NCBI GenBank assembly: GCA_051362555.1
Contig: CM120645.1
Span: 16,554,001-16,618,000, forward strand
Length of the DNA: 64,000 nt
From: Lingula anatina
Lineage: Eukaryota > Animalia > Brachiopoda
Reading direction: 5' to 3'
Position numbers and translations under genes: made by a program. The notes under the pieces are model-generated. The model made no database searches. It was not told where the DNA came from and saw only the letters and a list, made by a program, of their open reading frames with translations. This document shows, piece by piece, positions 53,191 to 64,000 of this stretch. Numbering within the stretch: the stretch's first letter is position 1; every line of letters starts with the position of its first letter.

Positions 53191-56100
53191 TTGCATTTTT
53201 TTCTATTTCGGACAAATGATAAGTTGAACATTTCAAAAAAGAAGATTCCTCATGCTTCAACATTTCCTCATGTTTTATTGGTGCAACTGGCATTGCAGCT
53301 ACAGATCTGTAAGTCAGAGCCACAGTGGGAAGCCAACACAGTTTCTCCATATAATTCTATTCCTAAATCTAATTTCTTACATAATTAGTCACATCATTAG
53401 TCTGTCAAAGTTGCGAGTATAGTACAGTAAGTACATGTATGTTCCATCCTTTGTGAGCAATCTCAATATCGTGTACATGTATCTAAGTATAGTAAGTTGG
53501 CAGTTTAGAGTGACCCAATTGTCACATTGAAAATATTTTATTTAAACAGTGCATGTATGTTGTATGTTGAGCACTAAGTTAAAACGTCACAAGACACAAA
53601 TATGGCTATTAAACACCTTGCTTTACCAAAGATATGGTAACAGATCAAATCATCAGTGGAACCTTTGAGAGTGAGTGTCTTCCTGGAAAAGGCTTTTAAT
53701 AAGCAGAGTTAGGTTTCATATAATTGATAACGATGGCAATGATATGTGCTGAAATGATTTTTTGGATATAAGCTGTTTGCTCTCAGTATGTGAGCTGCTG
53801 CGTACCTGGATGACTCCCCGAATAGTTTCAGATAACTCACAGAGTGTGATATGCTTTTAATTAATTATTCATTCTAGGTAAATCTAAATATATATCCTGA
53901 ATGCTTCTTTTTCCATAAATGAAATATTGCCTGCATGGAGGTTTTCTCGAATAAACTTTCAAACTTGAACGGTGTAGTTTATAAAATGTGAGAGTTAATA
54001 TTCATAGACATAGGAGACACTTTTTTCAACCACATCCGTCATAAGCAAAGGAAGTAAAGAGGCTAAGGAGAATACCCTTACCCTCCCCCTCACCGCTTTT
54101 TCCTTTTAATGGTTTGCAAATTAAACCCACTGAAACATTGCTTCCTACATCTGACATCTCAAGTGATATATTTCTCAATTTAATGTGTATTTTTTCCAAG
54201 ATAAAATCTCAATTGTAATTGGAATGAGATTGGTGTACCACTGAGTACCCAGGGCTGTCAGTTTAAAAGTTTCTATTACATGTAGCCTCTTCATGATATC
54301 AAAATTGATTTGGATCAGGCCCTACAAATTTACTGTGCCAAATTTGATATTGTATTTGTAGTTTTCTGGTTAATTCAGCATATAATGGCTGCAGCCACAC
54401 CAAGGAAAGTGTACTATTTAACCCTGACTCAGGCAGCAAAATATATAGTTACCCCATAATTGGCAGTTAGTAAGTGAATACATTTTTGGGTGGGGTCGAA
54501 AACTTACGATTCACACTACATCCTTCGTTTCATCCATTTAGTTTTCTATGGTGGTAAATTATCCCCTTTTATGATTTATGTAATTGATTTTCTGCATTAC
54601 TTTAATTCGAACATAATTTTCAGAAGTGGCAGCTCGCGAACCGTGAATGCTCATACAGGAAGTGACTCCGTTCTCCCATTTCATCATGTAGTAAATATCA
54701 ATAAATCATAAAATTAACATAAATTTGGTTAAGAAGTACTCATCCTTATCAACTGATAAATGTATGAATTCAAAGGTTCAAAAAGCACATGCTGGTGATA
54801 CAATAACTAAACTACAGCAGATGCTCATAGCAATTTCCTTAACTGTCACCCAAATGTCTGTTGGAGTATCAATTAAATTATACCCAATTAGATCAATGCC
54901 TTCTTGATCAATAATCTAACGCAACACCATATAGTTTTATTGTTCATTCCCCTCCATAAGACTTCTACAATGATAATAATAAATGACAGAGGGAGAAATC
55001 AATATGATGGAGTGAGAAATTAATGATAGATATACTTAATGGATCATTAGGTACATTAGTGGGCAGTGCAGATTACCCAGAGATATCAATATATAGTGTG
55101 TGTGTCTTTCAAAATGGCATCAATTCTAAAAGCTGCTTTCTGAATGTCATGATAAAAGGTACAGGTGTATGGCAAAGGGGGTAGATTAATTACAGTAATG
55201 AATAATTAATGAATGGCACCTTATATGAGGACAGTAGCAAGTGCATTAGTGCTATTTTTGATGAATGGGTCATAGCTTTTCAATCTCAAGAAAACACTTG
55301 GAGGATCCAATTGCATTTATCTCTGAATCAGTTTTGGAAAGATGCGTAGGTCTGGCCACCATGATTTGATTATACATCCATAATGAATTCCGCAATAAGA
55401 TTAATAACTTCTTACTTGCAACTTTTTTGTTCTTTCGAATGTGGGTAGTAGAAAAGGCAAACACAGGTGAAAAATACCTTGGAATCATGTCTTTGAAGAT
55501 GGATGACAGAAGTGCATGTTGGAGGGTTTAGAATAATGGATCATTCTTTAAAAATACACAAATGTGTGGTAGCTTAATTACCCCTATTTTCAGAGGACAC
55601 TAAGAACTCATCTATCTATTATCAGTATATATATCCCATTTTCATGTGGGTCAGTCAGGCTACCAGATAGAAGAGAGGTGAGTTTTAAGTGTCCCCTGAA
55701 ACTCCAGGTAGAATGAAATTAATAGGTTGGTAACATTCACAAGGAGATCATCCTCATCCACAACTTCAACTACTGTGTGGATGAATGATCTCTTTTGTGA
55801 AGAATGCAATCTAAGTTGTAAGAGGAGGAGGAAGAGGGTTTGTGAAGAAATGGGTTGCCGTTTTCCAGTGTAACTACTAAATGATCTGCCTCTGCTGCCC
55901 ATGTGATATTAAATACAAAAAGTGCTTGAATCACAGCAAAGCAGGATCTAGTTATACACTGTATTCAAAAAGACATACTGGTACATGCACACTGATGCAC
56001 AAAACCCTATTTCTCCATAAGTATGATGTTTTAATTTTTATAATTCCTTTGGTGATTAATCCAATAACAAATTTTTAAAAAATTGAAAGGGGATATTGCG

Positions 56101-59100
56101 GAAATATTCAGGTTTTCCTTCTTTTAATATTTTTCATTTTTTTATTTTATTAAATTTTTGCTACATATTATACAAGTAGGTATAATGGGCATTGTATTAA
56201 TTATCTTTATAGGTCTTTCCCAAAATGAATTCTATGAATAATGTCAACTCACATTTTATTGTCATGACAATAAAATATTGATTATAAGCATTTGTACAAA
56301 GCAACAGAAATTTTTGTGTTTCTGCTTGTGGAAAATAACATTCATTGTACCAGAGGCTTTATTGTACTGATACAGGCACTATCCACAGGGAGCAAATTAT
56401 GCACTATAACCAAATAACCAAAAAGCCAAAGCATTTCTGCTTAGCTCATGCTGGAACATACCCATACATGCATTCAGCAAGTTTGGCCTATGTATTCATT
56501 ATTACATACTAAATTTGGGACTGCTTTTTCATGCCCAACTTGGCAAATGACAACATCCTCAAGGGAATGTCTTCCCTGGAGCCTCAGTGCTGTTTTGTGA
56601 GTTAATTAAATAATATGCTGATCAATATCAACAACAGCTATTTAATATTATAATTAATTAAAAACATCAATAACAGTAATGGTGAGGTAACATGCACTAT
56701 GGTATTGTTACTCTCTATTATCGTTACCCTTTATTATCATCCAGATACTGAAAATGGATCGAGTTTTCCTGCATCTATTATTCAGGAACGCAGCTGTCTT
56801 TGTTCTGATTTAAAACAATAAAAAAAAACCCTCGAAAATATAAAATATCAGCATTTATATTTCTTGTTGTAATGTTTAAGCATAGACAACTCAAAGCTTT
56901 AATGGTCAATTTAACACCTTTCTGTTGTGAGGTGAGATAGCAATTGGTATGGGGCGTAATCTTGCAGAGTTGACCATAAGTGTACAAATGTATGGGCTAC
57001 AATCCATTGCCATTATTTTAGTCTTAATATTTTTGCTATTGATTTATAAGCCCCTAACTGCAGATTTTCATTAAACAAAGGCATCATTTTGTTTTATCAA
57101 TGATAAAATCTGAACTAAGACCTTTAAGAAAAATTGTTGGCAGGGTTTTGGAGTACTAAGTGGTGACATTAAAATGGTGTTAAAATGATTATCATGGGCG
57201 CTCATGTACAGGAGAAATTTGAGAAACTGATTTTTCAGTTTTAACCCCAAAATTGCAATAATGACATCACCCACAAGACGACATATTTGTAAATGTTAAT
57301 TAATTTAGTCACTGAACACTGAAGATTTATCTATTACCCAAAAGAACATGTAAGGCAGTAAGTAAGTTTTGTGCGAAGGGTGACATTATCCTTATAAGTT
57401 TACACATTAGCCTGCTGAGTTCACACAAGCTATAATCACATGCTATGCTCCCAATAAGCACCCTCTTAATGTGCACACTTTATGGGTTTTCATTATTCAT
57501 TTTATTAAATGGATGTCATTAGTTTTACATTACAGACATCAAACTATAATCAGTGATCCTGCAAGCCTGAACAATGGATCAATTTGTAAACGCCCAGCAT
57601 GTACCAGTAATCACAAAACAACCCTGGCTGACTTGTTGTGACCTTTGCCTCAGGTAATGGAATCAATTTAATATCCTTTGTTGTCTCTTAGGATCTACTC
57701 AGAAAAAAAAGTATATAGGCTGTGTTGACAACCAGTGATCTGCAGACTAACTGGTCCAGGGATCAAATTTGGCAACCAATTGACAATGAGTTCCTGCTGT
57801 CCATCCTATCATGGGTGGAGCAATGAAATTTTCGCACGATTTCAAGAGGGGCATGCTACATGTGATCTGCAGACTAGTTAGTCAGTGGATCAGCTGGTTG
57901 TGAATGTGGCCATAGAGGTACTCTGGCTTATCATTATTATTATTTGGCATGATGGTGCAATGCAGGGCCTTTTCTTTTCTCCTTTTTTTCAATCCTTATA
58001 ATTATTGTGTGATCAAAACAAGAATGTTCCTGCCTATCAAACCTGAAAGAACCTTTACTCTCATTCCACTTCAATTCTTTTGTATGACGTTGAAAGAAGT
58101 GCTAATTCTGTTTCCCCTAATGCTGCTACAGAAATATGTCCAGGGTATTTGTAGAACACCATATTGCGTTAAATTCACAGCACATATAGTCAGAGCTAGT
58201 ACTCTACCGGTACTTTAGGCATATTACAATCAATTATTGTGCTGCAGTTGTAGTTCTACATGTTCTGTACATGTATACAGTGTAGGTACAATACAGTAGG
58301 CAGACCTCTGTAAGGACACAGAGGTATTTTGTCAGGGCACATGCAGCACTAATATGGAATATGACTCAAACCAAGGAGGTTGAATTCCTTGCTCAAACCA
58401 AAGGCCTAAACAGAATGCAATGGTGCCTCTATGATCAAAATCTGAAACCCATTTGGTTAAGGAAATATATTTCCCATTATAGGACTTCCTTTAGGACTCT
58501 ATGAGACTCTAGAGGAATCCCACTGAACTAAGAATAGGAATTCTATCAGATGTCCTATAGGTTTCCTCTAAGGACATATGTCCTTTCTGGATCCTAAAGG
58601 ATTTAAAGCCAATTACCTTTAGAACATTATAAGATTTTAAGCCAATTTCCAATAGGATCCTAAATGAAATTTCACTGAAACTTCCATGTTTTTCCATAAG
58701 GAATGGAGATTTGCAAATAAAAATGTGTACACAAATGAATTCCTTTTTTCTCATAAAAAAAGTTCTACAAAAGGAGGCCAGGAGAGATGCATTCCTTTGA
58801 CTTTTTTTCAATTTCTTATTTGCATATAAATATACCAAATAACTAAGAAAAAGATCTATTTTTCCATCTCCATATCAGCCAACCCAAAGAAAAATACTGA
58901 ACATGCCCCTATTCAGTCTCTGAAGCACAAGGCAAAGAAGGAAACTGGCTGATTGTGATGAACTGGAAATTTTGCACATATATTGTTTCACATCTAAAGT
59001 TTCCTGACTATCTATACAGGACAATAACACTTGATCATAAATAGCCCCAATAAAAGATCTGAACACTTGACCCATATAGCATTTGAGCTTTAAATCATAA

Positions 59101-59326
59101 ATGTAATCAAAATGGAATTCTTATGTTGAAATGGTAAACCTAAGTGAAAGCTCAGCTATACTTTTTTTACAACAATTCTACAAATGGAATTTTGATGTTC
59201 AAAGAGAAACCTCTAGACAATAAAACTGACAGCAACATTATAACTACAAGTACATGCACATGTTATCCCAGAATTTTCAAATGTGCATGAACAATTTTAC
59301 TGATGACTAAGGTATCTAGGGTCTTA

Positions 59327-59541
59327 GGCTCTATTCCCATAGATTTTAGATCGATCTATCCCCGCAGGGAGTCTCACTAGATTACTTTCAGATAATCCTA
59401 CTTAAATGTCCGTCCCGCCTACTACAAGCTGTAAGGGGATAATTAACTTTTGTGTCCGCCTGGCTGACAGCTATTTAGCGTGAACCCCCAGGGAGTTAGG
59501 TCGATCTAAAGTAGGTCGATCTAATCTATGGAAATGGGGTG
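59327..59541. mobile_element. Family A MITE copy
   Basis: 215 bp, TSD TTA/TTA. Confidence 0.85.
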
Positions 59542-61407
59542 TTAATCAAAACAGAACACAGAAGAGAGTGAAATGTGAAATGCTTGGTCACTGACCAAGT
59601 TTACATTATGCAATCATAAAGGTACAATACTCTATAATATACCATACATGTACCAAGGATAAACAGCTCCTGGAAACAAAAAAAAGGCATTAAAATGCAA
59701 GTATTACAATGAACAGGAACTGTGTGTTAAAGAACTGTTACAGTAGCAAAAGACAAGCTGATAGTTGATAGGCATACATGTATAAGTATTTTCAAGCTGG
59801 AGTCACTAGGACTTCTATATTTATTTTGAAAAAGTTAGATATTGGTCAAAGTTTTATTGCCCTGAAATGGTGTTATCTTACATAAGATAGCAGCTATATG
59901 TTCTCCCTCTTTTGTTTTGTGGCACCCATAGATTTGTTGCAGTTAATCCTCAAAATTTTGTTACATGTATTTACATTGTGCATCAAGTGTTTTCCTAAAA
60001 GATAAGTGCACATAAATATACATGTACACTTATGTTCACAATCTTGTAATAACTTGCTAGCATATCATATAACAGAATGGCAGTGAGTAAAGCAAACCAA
60101 TAACACAACTAAATTTCTATAGCTCTAAAAATGGCTTCTTGCTGCATCAGCAATGCCCGTCACAAACTTTGTCCCAATCATACACACATAAAAGCATACA
60201 GAGAGAGAGAGAGAGAGAGAAATGTGATATAATGTGGTGCTACTAATCTCAACTAATGTTACTGTATATGTTATTTGATTAAAAGTTATATAGTATTAGT
60301 AGTCACAGTTGCGAAAAAATTGTACCATGTATCAATGTACTATAACTGGGTCTAACCAGGAAAAATTCAATTAAGAAAATTGAATTGATTTCTTTGTCAT
60401 TATGAAGTACTTTATTCAATATTGGATACTTGTAACTTAGACAAGACAGCATACTGTATTCATTTTCTATGTCATAACTGGATTACCTCACAGTGGGTTA
60501 TAAGTGATTTGATACATTGTTTCTCTGAGATATTGTTGCAAAATTGCTTTTTTTTTTTACTGTCTTTCATAATTTTTTTTTTCATGAAAGATGTAATTTC
60601 CAGGCCAGAGTTTCAGAAAGGTAATTATTCATTTAAAATTTCTATACATGCCATTTTTCACACCAGAACTTCAATAGCATTTGATTGCAGTTTATTACAC
60701 CAACAAAAATTTGACATAATTCATTAACTATGCCACATCCTTCAAGAAACCAAGAAATCTAGATGGGAATTCACATATTTGTGACCAACATGGCCGGTTT
60801 CTTCAGGCAAACTTGTAACTGAATATCGCGGTCTGATAAGCTTGCACATTCGGAGGGTTGAAAATGAAGTAGCTGGCCACGTATTGGACCCGAAGTCCTA
60901 GGCAAAAGGTCATCTTTTGGAACTTACAATTAAGTATCCCTTAAAAAAAGTATTCACATAAATACCACTGCTTTTGCTCTTGTTTTAAGTGTAGCACTAG
61001 GTTGGTTTCATTGTTTAATAAATGAATTTTACTTGTATATTTAATGCACTAGGTTAAATGCTATTATTAATATCTGATCTTGCACATTTCAACCTAGGTA
61101 CATGCGTAATATTTCTACATTTGTGTATCTTCATACTCAGTAGGTATATTACAAAGATCTGTACTGTATATACAAGTATATTGCCTATTAAACCAGTTTG
61201 CTGAGATTGGGAGGCAACTGCAATTATTACCAGTCACTGTAACTTCTCTTTGTTGCTGTGGATCCTATTTATGACACTTAGCATCTGATAAATCCTTGGT
61301 ATTTTATTGTAAGTCATATCTTTCCAATTACTCTACATGAGATGTACGGTATTGTGCACACTCACAAAATGCTATTATGATTTCTGTGAGTTTTTTAAAC
61401 ATGTTAG

Positions 61408-61630
61408 TACTAGTTACAACTACTGATCGTCCATGTATACAACATACAAGAGTACGTGTAATTATATCGAGATGCAGCCGAGATATAATTTGCTCTGGCA
61501 TGTCACATACAGTGGACGAGGAAAAGTTGTAACTGACTTATACCACAGCTGCCACTTCGAAAAATAGGATGAATGCACTGAAGGGTATGAAAATACAGGC
61601 AAGCATGTGTGCGAAATACAAGTGCAATTA
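61408..61630 (+). repeat. Dispersed repeat (same family as 3428-3641)
   Basis: agtggacgagg...agttgtaactgact...taggatgaatgcactgaagggtat...caagtgcaa. Retains CpGs. Confidence 0.7.
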
Positions 61631-64000
61631 TCATACTGTTCGAGGCACCAGCCGTGGTAAAGTGAAAGTTAATGTACTAGTTAATGGTCAACTGGGAAAT
61701 TTTTGTCATGTGGCAAGGTGTTGTTTTCAATCAATTTTTAACCTATAAAATATATTTTATCATTATATACTTTACAGAGATGTCATGTCAGAATAATACA
61801 GTGTATGAGTATAGTTATTGTAAAGCAGTATTTAGGTGTGTTATATATTCCTGGGATATATATTTCCTTAACAACTTTGTGTAACACGCTTTTGATCATT
61901 TTCTGTAATAAAAGTTCAGTATTATATAAGATTCTGCAGAGACTGTATAATTACACAAGGACAATTTTCAAACCCTACATTTAACTGTGCAAACTTCATA
62001 GCACTATTGTGTTTTGGTGCTGTAATTATTCACAAATTTCAAATAATTTTTTTGTCAAGATTTCTCAGTTATAGTTACTCATCTAAGTGTTCTTCTCGAT
62101 GTTTTTTTTTTTATTCATTTTCCAAGCAAAACATTCTTTTGTGCTATAAAATTAATTAATCAATCTATTTGAATGTAATGAGTAATTACGGTATTCTGTT
62201 ATATAAACATATAAGTATTTATGCTTGTGATGTAAAGACATCTAACTGTGTCCTACATGTAAACTGCAACAAAATTTACGTATATTTTCACCATGCTTGC
62301 AGCTAGGAAAAATCATTTAGTCTCTTCATGGCCTCTTATATACTGATCCAATCCGGAGTACTAAATTTAGTTGCTAAGTAGCCTATTGTACCTGGTTGGG
62401 TGTGTTAGAGGAACTGATTGTGTTTAGTTGTGACAATCAATTATTGTAATCAACACAGAAATTGTAAGAAATAATTAAAAGGGACTGCCACAGTATAGTT
62501 CATTATTCTCTAGATTATATTTACTCTTGGTCAAAATTTTGGAATATATGAACTATGTTTCCTGTGAACTGAGAGTGCTGCCAAGAGCAAATTAAGCTTA
62601 GCTGCCATAGGAAACTTTGGGCAGTATGATATATATATCCAACATGACTGCCAATTCCCACCATTGCAAACCTTCTATCCACCCTGAATAAAGAAAAAAA
62701 CTTTGTGGTAAATACAGTTTCAAGGTGCCATTACTCCTGTAATCAGAGCGTAATTTGAGTGACTCGTAACTGGATTTTGTCAATTTGGTTTCTCTAAAAT
62801 CCTAAAAAAAAAATTTACTAGTCCTTTTTTAATTTTTTCAACCACTGACAAAAGTTTGTCATAATTTTGCAAAATATTTTAATAATTACCGGTTGACTGA
62901 TATATATTTCTGATGCATTGTTAATTTCAATTTGTGCATTTTGAAAAACTATTCACAATCATGGAAAATGAAAAACATACTGTAGTACAAATAATTACGT
63001 ACTGTATGTGTAATGTTTTGCTACATTTAGTGATTATTGTAACTTTGATTTTTATTATCATATATCTTGTGGATCTATTAAATTTGATATTGTGGTTATT
63101 TATTGTGTGTTGTTGCATTTCTATAAAGAACCAGCTCACACGTGCTTACACCTACTGAATCTTTCGGTGCTCAACGGTACAGTCATTTACTAATCTACCA
63201 AATTACAAAAGTGACCATGTACAATTTAGCAGTCATAGAGTAAGTGAAAGTACAACATCACTAAATAAGAAAAACACCACCACCCCCACCTCCCAAAAAA
63301 AGAAAAAAAAGAAAAAAAGAAAGACGTTACTTTGATGGGAGGAGGGGGGTGAAAGTGCATTGAATATTAAACAGTCCACAACTCCATTTGTATGGTTATA
63401 CCATTTTCCTCCTTTTATCACCATATGTTCCTTAAAATATAAACTCATAGTGCACTAAGTAAGTTGCCTTCTTTTTTTGACATTATCAGAGACTTTCAGT
63501 TATAACAAAGTGTTCTGTGCATGCAGCCATTCATTACTCGAGCCCAAAGTTTGGTATGTCAATAGTTTCATCTTAACTTCATCTGGGTTTTAAGTGTACA
63601 TGGGTAAAATGTGGAAGCATTTGATAAAACAAAACATTGCTCACAAGTCATTTTTACATACCCACTTTTTGAAGTTTAAGTTCCTGATGAACCCTGAAAC
63701 TGGAAAGCATTTAGCAATACAAAGCAATGAAAGCATATTCCAACCTTTAAGGTCTTTGCAAAAAAATATTCACCAGGCATTTATGTCATTATCTTCTGTT
63801 GTGTACCAAGCAGGGATTCACTATAGATTTAATTAGATTAATCATTTACTCGTAATCTGTCTCATGTTTAAGTCAATCAATGTTAGACCTTTATAATAGT
63901 AAAAATTTGAATGACAAAATTACCATTTATAAACTTGGCCTGTGAGTTTTAAGTTTGTCATTTGTGTACCACTCCTGTACAGAGATTGAGACTTGTAAAT

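Overview
AT-rich, CpG-poor animal genomic DNA. A marine invertebrate such as a mollusc is suggested by the receptor family and transposon mix, but this is a guess. There are no prokaryotic genes, rRNA, tRNA or CRISPR arrays. Two protein-coding genes are supported. (1) Four phase-compatible EGF-rich exons on the minus strand (12951-12765, 7545-7380, 7087-6935, 5380-5285) match an EGF cluster of a stabilin-like scavenger receptor; both gene ends lie outside the window. (2) An intronless class A peptide GPCR (FMRFamide/sex-peptide receptor-like, 45157-46365, + strand) is probably nested antisense in a >51 kb stabilin intron. The rest is intronic DNA rich in transposon relics: six Harbinger-type MITEs, CAG-ended MITEs with 5-6 bp target-site duplications (TSDs), Chapaev-like and Kolobok-like non-autonomous elements, a decayed ISL2EU-like element (YqaJ + THAP) and a LINE remnant. 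There is also a near-perfect 1.46 kb tandem duplication and a duplication/inversion complex. The most interesting leads are a lineage-specific, furin-site-bearing loop in a stabilin EGF domain with candidate frame-preserving microexons, a rewired sodium pocket in the GPCR (N1.50I, N7.45K), and hypervariable, end-swapped termini in the MITE family. Most short ORFs in the supplied track are spurious.
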